Shown: in pieces, positions 35,488-48,800 of the stretch
Numbering within the stretch: the stretch's first letter is position 1
Layout of the letters: every line of letters begins with the position of its first letter
The notes under the pieces: generated by a model
Told to the model about the DNA's origin: nothing
Database searches by the model: none
The model's input: the letters and a program-made list of their open reading frames with translations, nothing else
Position numbers and translations under genes: made by a program
NCBI GenBank assembly: GCA_964035575.1
Contig: OZ037838.1
Span: 868,001 to 932,000 of the forward strand
DNA from: Rhynchopus sp. YZ270_cl-10
Lineage: Eukaryota
DNA length: 64,000 nt
Direction of reading: 5' to 3'

Positions 35488-35885
35488 AATAAAAAAGAGA
35501 AGTCACCCAACCCCCCCGGGTGGATCAACAAACACCAAACAACGAATACAGAAAGAAGGGGGGTGTATTGCATTTGCATACTGGTATATGATCGCATTGG
35601 GTGATATGAACGGGGAGAGATGTTTCTCACTCTTCAGTAGCATCTCACAGGCTCTCACAGCCTGTTGTGTGTTCTCACGGAGACGATCATCACCCAATTA
35701 CGCTTCCAAATAGCTTTTGTGGGGAAGAATAAAACATTATGAAAAAAAGCTCGTTGCGTTCCCCACTATCGTTTCCGCTGCGCTCTCACTAACGTTCCCA
35801 CTCCATTCGGTTTTCTCTTACTTAAGAGGTTCCCATATTCTCTTTCTCTCTTCACCACCACCCACCAGAACGCACACACAAAAAA

Positions 35886-36296
35886 ATGGGCAAGAGAAGC
35901 AGGTCTGAAGACGCGACAGGGTCACCCGATGCTACGAGACAAAGGACGAGCTCTCCGCCCGCAAGCGATGAGTGTGTGCCCGTGTCGTACACGGGGATCG
36001 ACTTCTCCACGCCAGCTTCCAATGCCGTGGTCATGCAGGTGCAGACTGTGACAACAACAACAACTATGACGGTGGCCATCGTGCCACCTGGTTTTACAAA
36101 AGAGGACGCAAATGAGAATGAGGGTGAGAAGGCGGACAGTGATGAGAAATGTGAGGAGTGTGGAGGGGATATTACTGAGGACGGCGGTGATGACAGTGAT
36201 GGTGGTGACGATGACGATGACGACGGTGGCGATGACGATGATTGTGACGATGACTGTGACGATGATGACGACGATGACGACTGTGACAGCGACTAA
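35886..36296 (+). CDS. Small hypothetical protein with Asp-rich low-complexity tail
   Basis: ATG ORF after pyrimidine tract; no recognisable domain. Confidence 0.35.
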   Translation: MGKRSRSEDATGSPDATRQRTSSPPASDECVPVSYTGIDFSTPASNAVVMQVQTVTTTTTMTVAIVPPGFTKEDANENEGEKADSDEKCEECGGDITEDGGDDSDGGDDDDDDGGDDDDCDDDCDDDDDDDDCDSD

Positions 36297-36916
36297 ACCC
36301 CAGAAGCGAGTTGTGCGCACCAAAAAATAAAGATTGCTTCAAAAACTAAAAAAATCGTAGCGCAAATTATGCACCTCGGCGTCTGGTGCAGAATCAAATA
36401 TTGCAAACAAAAAAAAATACCTATTTCTCAGACCACTGCACAGTAACGCAACACACGACCGGTTGGACTTCTTTTGCATAAGGGTCATTTCTTCCCCCCC
36501 TCCCCGCCCCTTTCTTGTATGAGCGAGGCACACATTTCACGCTTTCCGTGGTTGACATGGAACTGTGTCTGCATCCCAGAGGGGTTTCTGCGTTATCCTC
36601 AACCCCCCTTTTTAGACAAGGCGCCCTTCAGGCCACGCATATTACGCCACATATTAGGCCATTTTTAGTGCATCATTGTATCACAGAGACACCTGCCACG
36701 AGAGGGCTTTGTATTTCAGGTCAACTTTTTATTTACGGTGACCTAATTGATGCTGCGTTTTGACAAAGCGGGCTTAATTAGGCGTCACAGTAATATGCGT
36801 GGTCGGTAAAGCCGTGAAGGCTTCAGTTCATCATCCCCCCCTTTTTTATAGTTGTGAACGAACCACATTGAGACTCTGTGCGTGGTAGTTTTGTTTCCTC
36901 CCAAAATGCAACAGCT

Positions 36917-36990
36917 CCAGGGGTTCGATAACCCGCCGAGGGGGGTGTCAGTGCCTGCGTCCCAGAGGCGTTTTGCACTGCCAACTTCAT
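36917..36990 (+). repeat. Short repeat family R7 (GGGGTTCGATA..TGCCTGCGTCC..GAGGCGTTT(T)GCACT..CAAC); copies ~6114-6187, 49184-49255, 53876-53936; 3' halves ~35153, 46430
   Basis: Shared motifs, including a tRNA T-arm/B-box-like GGTTCGA. Confidence 0.7.
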
Positions 36991-38204
36991 TTTGTGTGTT
37001 TTTTTTACCCCCCTCTCCAAAGTTGATTGTTTTTCTCAAGAGGGTGGCCTGTGTACCTGTTGTACCTGTTGTAGCTGGTACACACACACTAGCTTCTTCT
37101 CCAATCAGCAATTCCCTGGTTTGCAAAATGTTACCGAACAAAATTAGTTTTTGCTTTTTAACGTTAACGTGACCATTACCCTCCCAAAAAAAAACCCCCT
37201 TAGAAGTGTGTAGTATAGTGGTGTTCATCTTCGGGTGTACTAAAACAACCAAGTTTTCAAAAAAAAACTGTGTACAGAACCAGTTTCTCGGACAGGTGAT
37301 TGTCGAAACTACAAAACAAAAAGTTGGTGTACAAGCAGCCCCCCCCTCAGGTGGCAATGGAGCATATAGAAGCAGCTCTGATGGAGTGATTTGTAGAATG
37401 GCAACAACAGCCACAAAAAGAAAAAAAGGAGAAAAAAAAATTACATCTCTTTCTTTAGGTGACCAATCTGAGAAAACTCTTCCTGTTTGTTCCCCCCCAT
37501 CCGGGATCTACATTTTTTTTTTGAAAAATCACTAAAAGTTCCCTTACAACCACCGCGCAACAGAGTAAGCCGGAAACTACATTAAAGTTCGAACATCGCT
37601 TTGGTTAAGGATCTAAAAAGCTAAACAAACACAAACACAACATAGCAAAAAACAAAGAGTACAAGCTATAACAAAAAACATTTTCAAACCCCCCATCCGG
37701 GATCTACATCACACAGGCCTAATTAGCCTCGTCTCCAATGCTCTCCGTCTGAGTGATGAGAGGAAGCGGGGGGCGAAGATATGAAGTAATAACCTCAACA
37801 TGGATGCATGGAAATCATTGTCCGCGGTTCCCCCCTTTTTCCCGGTGTTCTGGCTACGCAAAAGGGTGCGTCGAGGGGTTTTTGTATTTTCAAGACACCT
37901 TTTTGTGGGTCGGAGGTGCCTGCATCAACTTTTTTTTTCAGATGTAAACCACGTAAAATGGATTGTAGGACTGCATGGTTGGGGTGTCCACCCCTATATA
38001 GCCGGTCATTTTGTACCAAGGTACACTGTTTCACGAGAGGGCTTTGTATTTCAAATCCACCTTTTTTTTTCCTCTCCCTCTTCCCTCTTCCCTCCCCTCA
38101 AATACCCCCTTTTCAGATAGTTGCAAACACACAACACAACACAACACAACACAACCTACCCAAGCGTGTATTACCTTACTCATATATTTCACAAGAACAC
38201 ACCA

Positions 38205-38819
38205 ATGACACACCACATCCTTGCCGTTCTGCTTGTCTTGACTGTTCCGACTGTCCTCAGCACCCCCTTGGAGTCAACTTCCGCACCCTCCCCGCCATCT
38301 CCCACACCCCCTTCCTCGGACTTCCACAATGAGCAGCACTGCACACACCTGACCCGCCCCTGGTTTGGTGTTACCGCAGGGAGTGTGAGACGCGTGGTGA
38401 TGGAGAACTGCTTTTTTGTGCAATGCGGAAAAGGGGCAGGCCTTGCGGTTGGGGTGAATATGACGGAGGGAGTGCAGGTGGTGGCTCGGGGGTCGGTGGT
38501 AGCGCCGAGCGGAGCAGTGGTAGCGGGGCCAAAGCAGTATCAGTCAGTTGATGGGGCATTTGAGATTCATGTTTCGAAAGAGACGGTGGTGTTGGACATG
38601 GCATGGGGGTGCTCGGAAACGCCCATCGCAACCCACGCGGAGCTCTCAGAGTTGGTGCAGACGCAGTCCGAGACGCACCACGCACTTCTCGCAATCATGC
38701 TTGCGACAGCCCTCGGGGTGAACCTGCTCTCAGCTGCGATTGGGTGGCTTCTGCTTGTCATATGGAAGCGCAACGCGGCAGGGAGAGCTCCAGTCGAAGG
38801 TGTTGCAAAGATTTTGTGA
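38205..38819 (+). CDS. Hypothetical type-I membrane protein (204 aa)
   Basis: Signal-peptide-like MTHHILAVLLVLTVPTVLS, Pro/Ser linker, C-terminal hydrophobic helix followed by KR. Confidence 0.65.
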   Translation: MTHHILAVLLVLTVPTVLSTPLESTSAPSPPSPTPPSSDFHNEQHCTHLTRPWFGVTAGSVRRVVMENCFFVQCGKGAGLAVGVNMTEGVQVVARGSVVAPSGAVVAGPKQYQSVDGAFEIHVSKETVVLDMAWGCSETPIATHAELSELVQTQSETHHALLAIMLATALGVNLLSAAIGWLLLVIWKRNAAGRAPVEGVAKIL

Positions 38820-41800
38820 AAAAGATAAAATAAAATATGGAGTTAAGGTAAAGGTAAATTCAAATGGGTAATAAAATTCTCGAGAATGGTACACAAAAAA
38901 AAAAGAAAAATACAAAAAGGGCGGTATATCATTACAAAATTTTGATATAATGCCAGATGTACGTAAACCTACCTTTATTTTTGGGTTTGATTTTGTCAAA
39001 ATAAAAAAAAGAAATGAGAACAAAACTCAAGGAATAAAAAAGCGAACATTTTTATTTATTTTTATTACCCCCTCTCCCCCTTTTTCTTTCGTGTGCTTCT
39101 TTTTTTTTCTTTTTTCTTTTTCTCTGCCCCCTATTTTTTGGGCGTGTCAGTTGCCTTCGCCTGGCGTTTGCAGTACACCACATCCAAAAAAAGGGGCAAA
39201 TATCATGAAGTAGGTATACTGTTGTGAATTTTTACAATACCGCGTATCCCATCCACCTGTTTTCGCCTGAAATTTGGTAGTCTTTTTTTTTGGTGGAGTT
39301 TTGGTAATTGAACCACTTTTAGCACCACCAAACAAACTCTGCCAAATTTTCAGGAGGAAAAAGTAACAGTGGAGATTGCACAACTGTGGCAACACAACCG
39401 AGGCAACTACACTACCTCCAACAATTTAACAAATAAAATAAAAAAGGTGGTACATGGCTCAGATTAGAAGCACTTATTATAAGGTGCACTGAGCAAATGA
39501 GAGGCTCAGGTTCATCTCATAAAACTGTTTCTATTTTCTTTTTGTCACCTCATGAAAGGAGGAAATAGAAACAAAGTCGTTTTGAACACACGTTGCGGTT
39601 CTAGGGACGAACCGCGCCTGCAGAGCCACTCCTCACCAAAACAGGTCGATGTTGTGTGCGCGTTTCACCACAACCTGTCTCCCATGGGTTTTTATTGTGT
39701 GATAAGTGTTAAGGTTCTATTTTTCTTCCTTTTTTTTGACGACTAAAGCAAGACGAGGCTTAGAGTCATCTTTCCAAATTTTCTTTTTTAACTTATCTCC
39801 GACCCACTTCGGTGTCTGTGCACAAACACATTCATCTTTCAAGTTTTCTTTAAAACCAAGCATATCCCCCCCCCCACGAGAACGATAGTGTTGATGTGTG
39901 TGTGTGTGTGTGTGTGTGCACGAGAGAGAGGGGCACATACATATTTTCAGCTGCTCTTTTCTTGTTTTTCGTTCTCCTGTGAGGAGTGTGCAGGTGATTC
40001 GCTCGGCGAGGGCTCGCTATGTGTGTCACTGACGAGTCTCCCGCCTCCACCCCATCTTCAGAGAAAATGGTGTGGTCAAAAAAAGTGTTTTATGGTGCTC
40101 CGTGAAGACTTTGTAAACAAAATTTTGTTTGGAGTTCTGTTCACCTCTTTTTTTGACGGCCCCCTTTTTACTCTGTGAACACTTTGCAAAGAGTTGCGCT
40201 CTGATCACCAGAAAGGCTTCTCTATTCATGGGAGTATCAAAACCAAAACCTTTTTTTGGCTGACAAAAATGTCATTATTTTTGGAGATTTTATCATTTTT
40301 TTTTTTTTTTATTTTGGAAAAAATGGAAGCACACGCGCATTTCATCAAAAAAAAAAAAAAACAGGACAGTGGAGATTGCACGACTGTAGCAACACAACCG
40401 AGGCAACTACACTACTCCAACAATTTATCAAAAAAAAATTTTTTTGGTCTACACACGAGGCACATTCATATTTTTAGTTTTTCTCTCTCTTTCTCTCTCT
40501 TTTAATGTTGGGTACATTCCTTCTCCTCTTTATACCCTTTGTCCTTTGCTGGGTATTTCCCCCTCCCTCTCTCTCTCTCCCACCCGATCCCTCCTGAGCT
40601 GAGTATGAATAAGAAAACACTTTTTTTATTTTTATTCGTAGAAAGTTGTGCAAAACAACCCGCGTTAAAAGAAAAGATGGGACTATTTTTATTGATCCCT
40701 CATATGCTATCAATTTGATTGCATCTGTTGAAATACTTTTTACTCAAGGTGACTAAGCAACGAGAGGCTTAGGATCATCTTATAAACTTTTCTCTTATTC
40801 ATGGGCGTCTCTCTACTGTTGTAGGCCACAGGGTAGGTTGTGTTTTCATCCGGATGGCTGGCATCGTACCGTGGGTCAGTCGGAGGTGTGCCTGCATTGA
40901 TATTGCATCAACAACCACAGTTTTTATTCGTAAACTTTCCATTATGCTGCCAAGGTCTGTGGCTCAAGCCGGCCACTTCATTTTAGTACTTATGACTTCG
41001 TTTCGTTCCAAAGAGGTTAATAGAGAGACCGTGCAAACACGTTGCACGACCCCTTTTTCTTCGTTTTCTTGAAATTTGAAAGTCTTTTTATTTAAATATT
41101 CCGTCTAGTGGTGGTACCCATCGCTGTGGGCCAATATTGGGTACACATCCCTGGTTTCAGCAAAAAGGTGGGTCCGTACTTAGACAATATTGTTCAGGCA
41201 CTCCGCTAGGTACTAAAGTTCTGTTGATTGTCAACAGAACTTTTTGAAAATGGGGAAAAAAAGAAAAAAAAAAAAAGTTCTGCTAAGTGGTTCAGACCCG
41301 TTCTACCTGTCAAAAAAGCTCAGGAGAAGAAGATATGGAGAGGTGAGTGCTCAAACGTCCCAAAAAAGTCAAAATCGGGCGTTGGTAAAAAAAAAAAGTT
41401 GCGTACCGTGCGCCTGCGGCGCAAGCATGTACCCCACCAACGTGGACCATCAACAGAATATTTTCAAAATCGGAAATCCTAGCGGAGAGCCTGATATTGT
41501 TGCAGGAAAAAAAAAAGAAAAAGGTAATATGTGTCACGTGTAGGTTGTTGTTTTTTCCAGCCTTGTCTCCTCACCCCTCCTTTAAGGATCTGTGAAAGAT
41601 ACGTTTTGTCTTTCGGAGTGCTTTTTCGCTTCTTTAGGTGCTACACTACTCCAAGAATTTTGTCAAAAAAAAAGATCCAAAAAAAAAAAAATGAGGTGTT
41701 TTGGATTTTTTTTGTACCCCCCCATCCCCATTCATGTTTTTCCGAGCTTGCTTGCGTCTTTTGTTGAGACAGGCTTGTGTTTTGCCATAGTCTTTTTTTT

Positions 41801-42229
41801 TTGTTTATCTTTCGATTGAAAAGAATATCTTAAACATTTTGTTGTGTCTGTAAGTATGCACCCATCCAAACAATCTTAAGATGTCCGAGAGAGGTGAAGG
41901 GGGGGTTTTTTTTTGGGGGGTGTGACTGAGTGTGGAGGATGTGTCCAAGAATGAAACTCTTTCCCCCCAAAAAAGCCCCGTCTCTGGTTTTTCTTTATCC
42001 GAACGTCGAGTGGACGCGAAAATAATTTTGGGTGTGGATGCCATTTACAGCAGGTAATAACACTACCTTTTGTCCGGGTGATTGTGTACAATGAAGCCGT
42101 CTCGTGTGAGACAGAATTGCATTTTTTTCTTTTTGTTTTATTTTGACACAGAATTTTCTGTGTCACATTGTTGGGTGTCTTATCCTCACCCCTTTTCTTG
42201 TGAATTATATTAAAAAGAACAGAAAACCC

Positions 42230-42269
<40 letters not shown>

Positions 42270-42277
42270 GCATTATT

Positions 42278-45200
42278 CATAGGGTGAAAACGATCGTTTT
42301 TTTTTTTTTTTTTTTTTTTACGAATCTGGGAAAAAGTGATCGGTCTTTTTTTTTTTTTTTTTTTTCACGATCGTGAAGAAAAAAAAAACGATCGTTTTTT
42401 TTTTTTTTTTTTCTTCACGATCGTGAAAAAAAAGCACCTTTTTCTTCACGATCGTGAAGGAAAAAAAAAACGATCGTTTTTTTTTTCCCATATTATGTCG
42501 TTGATCGCTGGCCCACACCAGGGAGGGAGCCCCCACAGGTGCCCACAACCCCCCTGAAATCGGCCGAGAGTAACTTTTAGCGGTGTTTTGACGTAAAATG
42601 TCACCTTTTTTGCCATTTTTGGGGTGTACTTTTCTGGAACAAAATTCGCAAAACCCGAAATACGAATCGTAAAAAATCGCGACATTCTATGACATGCGTA
42701 TACCATGAAGCAGCACGTCACGGCATGGCATGTAACATGCACATGTAATATCGCCAAAAACCTAGTCGTAGTAACATCATCACTGTGCAAACCCCTGTCC
42801 ATCCAATACAATTCACACTCTTTGTGGGTGGTCTTGCTGCCTTTTTGCCACAGTAATTTTTGGCCCGGCAGGCATGCTCTTGAAGCATGGCAATTTAGTG
42901 TGTATGGGGCAGGGTGTTGTTTTGTTCTGAATTCCCTTTGTTACAATATCTATCCAATCGCGAGTGGTTGTATGTGTATCGTGAGACACTCTTTTTAACC
43001 CTTTACGGACCAAGAGGACATTTATGCCCATTGTGGCGGGGGATGCGGCGTTCAACACCAGGCCAAGTTGGCCAAAAGCCCAACTTTTGTACTGTCCAAC
43101 CTCTGTACAATTACGGTATATTTCGTTGGCTGGTGGTCTGAAGAGTGATCTGACCATATTCTCCAGGTATAACAAATGCCCAAATAATGCATTGGCGAAG
43201 GAATTTTGCACTTTTGACCATCACACATTACTTGTATTTTTACCGGTTTTTTAATGAGTACAACCTATGTCAGAGCACGCTGTCCCACAGATTTTAGAAT
43301 TTGGGGGGGTCACGCAACAGGGATTACGCAGCTCCCCATACTTATCGCTAAATATGCCGTTTTCCCCGAAAAATTTTAGAATTCCACGCCCAATTTCTTT
43401 CTTTTTGGCAAAAAAAAATTTTTCGCGCTTCGCGCGAAAAAGGTCCTCAGAAGCTCAATTCCGGAAACAAATACGGGGGGAGCGACGTTTTCCAACTCCT
43501 CCGCCATCAGCAGGAACACCTCCGTTTTCTCTTGAATCTGGGACGCTTGTTGCTGAGAAACAGGGCAACAGCGCGTTCAAGCATATTCCCCATCTTTTCA
43601 GTGTTAAACTCGTGGCGAAGCCACGGTACGCAACATTTCTAAAAATTGCGCTTAAAATTGCCTACTATGTCGCGGGAAGGGTGGGTTGAAAGCTCGCGCC
43701 GCAGTGCATCTTCCTTTTCCGGTAAAATAGAAGAAAATTGTCTTCTAAAAATAGAATTCTGTGGGGGGTAGGTGAGAGGTGGGCGGAGCCCCCACTCCTC
43801 CACCCCAGCCTCAATCCAAAACCCTGTATTTTTTTTTTTTGGTATTTTTTGAGCTGAGATTTTCAAAAAATACCAAAAATACCAGGGTCAACCGCTGTGA
43901 TGCTCATTGTTTAGAACACAGGGCTATTTCTAAATATGGGGTCCGGAGTCCAAAATCCAATCCGGGACACAATTTTGGCAGATTTATTTTGGGCCAAAAA
44001 CGTCTTTATTTACATTTTTGGGATTCGCCCGTGCAGTGGTGGGGTCAATCTCGAAAATTGGATTTTTGACCACTTAAATTTTGAGAAATATGAGCCCGGT
44101 CACTTATACGTGGGCCCATTTTCGGCTAAAATTTTCCTCAAAATCCGGGTTTGTAAAATTGACCCTTCTGTGAAGGAAGGTTGTGGAAAAGGGTCCTTAT
44201 TTGCATTTTTGGAAGCCGCCCGTGCAGTGGTGGGGTCAATTTGCAGAATTGGGCAAGTTCTTGCAAGACAACGGGTAATGTTTGTTAGCTCTAAGGAGGG
44301 AAGGGGAGCGTTTGTAGCTCACACAGCACCCCAAACCCTGGCCTCTCTGTCCACAGCACACAGCTCTTCCCCTGAGTTCCATTTGTGCCTCAACATGCTG
44401 AGCGCATCTTCAGTACGATGGGTGGATGAGCGAGAAGAGGCGCAACTGGCTAGTTGCACCAAAGCTGCACAAGCTTGTGGTCGTAGCACGCAGTTTGCGC
44501 GAGAGCAAGCCGCCACAAGAGAATGGTTGGTGGGATGAGGAGAAGCTGGTGCAGGAGGAGAAGGAGCGTGCGGGAGCTATATTGACTGCGACGCGACAGC
44601 TGAGGACCCCAAGGTTGATGATGATGCTGAGCATCACGACTCTGACATCAGTGAAGGCTCTTGGGACTAAACGCATACAGTCTTGTCCGTACCCATTTCT
44701 CCCACACAAGTCACCACCCCCTTGTGACTTGCCTGTAACAGTGGAAACGTTTCCCTCCCAGCCGCAAACCCGTTCAGTGTATCGTGAGCCACTGCAGTGA
44801 CCCACTCACGCTCGACCCTGTCCCTCCTTGTAAACAGTTCGCCTTCTCCTACGTTGTGCTAAGGAAAACCAAAAAACATGCTCAAAAATGATGGGCACGG
44901 GGGTCAGACTCCACTTCTGACCACTTAAAATTAGGTCATACACGTGTTATACCCCAAACTGACCAAGAAATTTTCCCAGTGTTCGATGGTGATCGAATTA
45001 AATCGGTGGTAAAAAGTGAAAAATGGGGCATGCCAGGCCCACGTCAATCAGCCTAAAAATGTTGCAACTTTAAACGCGCGTCTCTCCCGTACACCAATAT
45101 ACACTTTTTAACACATACAGTACAGCAAGGGAAAACCAAGGGATTTTACCCTGTGTTCTCCTTGTTACGGCTGCACTAACCTAATCATCAAAACTGCTCG

Positions 45201-45847
45201 ATTTTGGCTTTATCTAAAAGATCGACATCAATTCTTACGAAATATAATTTATTTTACGATTTTGAGTAGAATTCTGTTTGCAGGGCGAAGTCACGAGGCA
45301 GGGGGTGATTTTGGGGGTGAGCGCCAAAAAAAGTCCTTTTCCTAGGGTTGACCCACCTCCCTCCAGCATCCAACGATATGACATTTTCACGAAAGTTGTC
45401 GATTCTTGCCTTATTATTGTCACACAGAAAAAAAATGTTTTTACGAAAATGAGTAGAACCCCATTACCCCTACCAACGTGTGGCATTCGTGCGCCACTAT
45501 AGTGGCACTTGCCATGGGTAAAAACGGTTTTCTGGTTTTAGTGCCTCGCTGGCGACATCCGTTGGGGGGGATTCTGGTGTGAGAATGTTCTCGATTTTTG
45601 CTTTATTTGAAAGATTCGCCACAAAATCGTTTCAAGGAAAAGAGTCGGTCAAAAATTCCAAGTAGAACCCAGAAACTCTCCCTTGCCACCCATTTCACGC
45701 CCATGCCCCTTGTACTACTAGGGGAAAAAAAAAAAAACGATCGTGAAAAAAAAAAAAACGATCGTGAAAAAAAAAAAAAAAATGTCAAGATCTTGAAAAA
45801 AAGTTCAAGATCTTGAAAAAAACCGTCACGATCGTTCTCACACTATG
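42278..45847. mobile_element. ~3.6-kb hAT-like composite element, CA..TG termini, 6-bp TSD ATTATT
   Basis: TIR CATAG(G/T)GTGA(A/G)AACGATCGT; ATTATT at 42272-42277 and 45848-45853; ACGATCGT palindromes spaced by poly-T/A at both ends. Confidence 0.75.
44320..44520 (+). pseudogene. Frameshifted remnant of a hAT transposase C-terminal dimerisation domain
   Basis: Across frames: 'PQTLASL', 'AERIFSTMG', 'WMSEKRRNWLVAPKLHKLVVVARSL', fitting the P.L..LA..ER.FS..KRNRL...KL.KLV pattern. Confidence 0.6.
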
Positions 45848-48800
45848 ATTATTTAACTTTCTGATGAACGAAAGTACATTTGTGTTCTGTTTCTCTTCTC
45901 TTTTTGGTATGGCACAGTGCCCCTTTATCAAAGAAAAGAGCAAACAAAACAAAAAACACCACAATTCTTTTTTGCGCAGTACAAAGGCTTCGGCCAACAC
46001 ATCAAATAGCACCTAAGTATTCTACATGACAATGAGTGCTGATTTGTGAACACGCAAACATTAAAACCGAACCCAAAAAAATAAAATAAAAATTCTCTTT
46101 TTTTTGGTTGGTGCGCTACGCCACGTCAAAACACGTCTCCACATCACTGAGGTACGTGCTTGGGTGGTGTGGTATGTCGACAGCATAAATGAAAACGAAT
46201 CCAAAAGAGGCAAAAAAAAAAGCCCATTTGGATGCCACTAAGGTGCAGAGAGCCCCACTGAGTGGGTGTTAGTTTTGTACAAAAGATCATAACGAAAAGA
46301 GAAAAAGGGGGGAAAGTTTTCCCCACGCCGCGAAAGAAATGTGTTGTAAGAAAAAATGGGGGTAGTCCCAAAACAGCGGAAGGTTTTATTCTGTTATACC
46401 TCAGTTTTATCAAACATGATTTTTTTTTCAGTGCCTGCGTCCGCCGATGAACGGTGAGGCGTTTGTACTTTCAACTTCTCTTTTTTTTTGTGTTACATCG
46501 GGTCCTGCTCTTTCCCAGTTTGGAAAAGTCAAAAAAATCAACAAAAAAAAAAACAAAAAAAAAAACAAACAAACGTGCCCTCTCTGAGGGCTGTATAAGT
46601 ACCTCTTATTTTGATTTTTCAAGATAGCTAAGGAAACGTGAGGTTGAGTCTAGGTTCATCTTACAAACCATTTTTTTTAAAAAAAATTTATCCCTCCCCC
46701 TTTTCATGATATGAGCGTTGCCAAGGGCAAGCTCATTCAAATATCGCCGGAATGGCGTTTACATGATCTAACCTCCTTTATTTGTGTTTTCTTGAGATGT
46801 TTTTTTATCTCTTCCCACACATATCGTTTTTTTTTGTTTTGTTTCATTTCCCAATGGTTGTCAACTTCAACTCGGAACATTTTTTTTTTTTTTTTTTTTT
46901 TTTTGGCTCTCTTCCCGGCTGCACGCCTGGAGCCTTTCTTTAATCTCCGTTCTGTTGGGTCTGTTGGTGTTTACGAAAGCTGTTTTTTTTTCTTTTTTTT
47001 TTTGGTTCTCATTTCCACAGCTGACAATTTTTATTTCTCATACCACGCATAGTCTAGAATATGATAAGGTGGCTAAGCACGAGAGGCTTAGGGCCATCTT
47101 GTAAACTTTTCTTTTTTCCCCCCCCGCTCCATTGAAATTTTAATGGGTTGATAGGAGGATGAACTGCATCTATACCTGAAATTCATTAGCCTTCGGGCGA
47201 CTTTTGTTGTACAGAACCTCATCTGATAGGTGATTGTCGAAAACTACAAAAAAAAAAAAAAAAAAAAAAGTGGAGATTTGCACAAACTGTGGCAACACAA
47301 CCGAGGCAACTACACTACTCCAACAATTTATTAAAAGGGGGAAAAAATGGAGCTCAGAGTCTAGAGTTTTATGTCTTCAGATTTTGTGTGTTTGTGTCCA
47401 TCACAAAGACACACATTTACCTTTACGGGGTCTTCTTGTATCGTCTCTAGCAGAGCTTCTTAGGGGAGTGCCGTCACTCCACCATTGCTTCAAAAAGAAG
47501 AGAAAATAAAAGAAAAGAAAATTCCCTAGCCTTTTCAACAGTTTTTATTGTTGTGTTTTGTTTTTTTTTTCATGGACCCCCAATCCTGCTAGCGACTACA
47601 ATTGTTGCACGAAGACAGGGTTATGCCAATTAATTGACGTGATGTTTTTATCATTCATTCTTTTTTTAAACTCGGTCAGCGCTGGTTACTGGGAAGATCA
47701 ATCAGGGACCTTTACAGAACCATTATTTCTGTTTTTCTTTTTGTTTTTTGTTTTGATAAACGTTTGTTGGTGCTCCGGGAGGGGTCGATAATATTATTGA
47801 CAGGTTGCTGACCGATTTCTGAACGCACCATTTTTTGTGGCTTGTAATCACCCCACCTCTACACGCATGTTCCGAGCTATGATGCATAAGTCATATGTAT
47901 GTCATGCGTTTGCATGAGGGGGTCTACACCATGTTACGAGCTTTCTCTTCTGTTCCCTTCCTTTGGTGTCTTTAACGACAATGCGTAAAGATATTTTTAG
48001 ATTTTTTTTTCTTTTTGTGTGTGTGAGAATGAAAAACGGAGTTTGCAGAGCGACGCGCAACCACAGTTTCCAGAATCTGGACAGTGTGATTGCGTGGTAG
48101 CTTCATAGCAAACAGATCAAGCACGTTCCCCATTGTGGCCAAAATCTTGGGCCACCAATCAAGGGAAAAATAGCCTCGTATAGAAATGTGTCGTGGAGCG
48201 GGGCCCTTGGGTGGCTACACTAATACCGTACAGTTTTAAATTTAAAATAATTTTTTTTTGGAGGAAAAAAAGGAGAGAAAAAAGGGAAAAAAATAAGTAA
48301 CAAACTGCAAAGCGTTTGGGAGTTCACACACATGTTGTCCTGGCTTTTTGTCCCTTTTTTGTTTGTTGTGTCTTATCGCTCGAGGGACACACAGGTAAGA
48401 CGGGGTCCGGCATTGTGGTCAACCATAATTTAATAATTAATCATATGTGCACACCACTCCCCGAAACGCAACGCAGGGTTTGTTACGTTTCTTTCTTTTA
48501 TGTCTTCTTCTTTTTTTCTCTTTTTTTTTATTTGCGCATCAAATTATTTGACTGGAGTGGGAAAAGAAAAGAAGGGCTAAACAACGTTGTGCAATGGTGG
48601 GTTTTTTGTATTTCTTGAACTATACACGGGGCGGGGGGGTGGAGAAGAAAAAAACGGAGATTGCACAAACTGTGGCAACACAACCGAGGCAACTGCACTG
48701 CTCCAACAATGTATCACAAAAAATAAATAATTCACTTAGAGCAGCTGGTTCCCTGTTACCACGCAAGGAAAGTTGCATGGCGCTTCCGATAGCCTCATCT

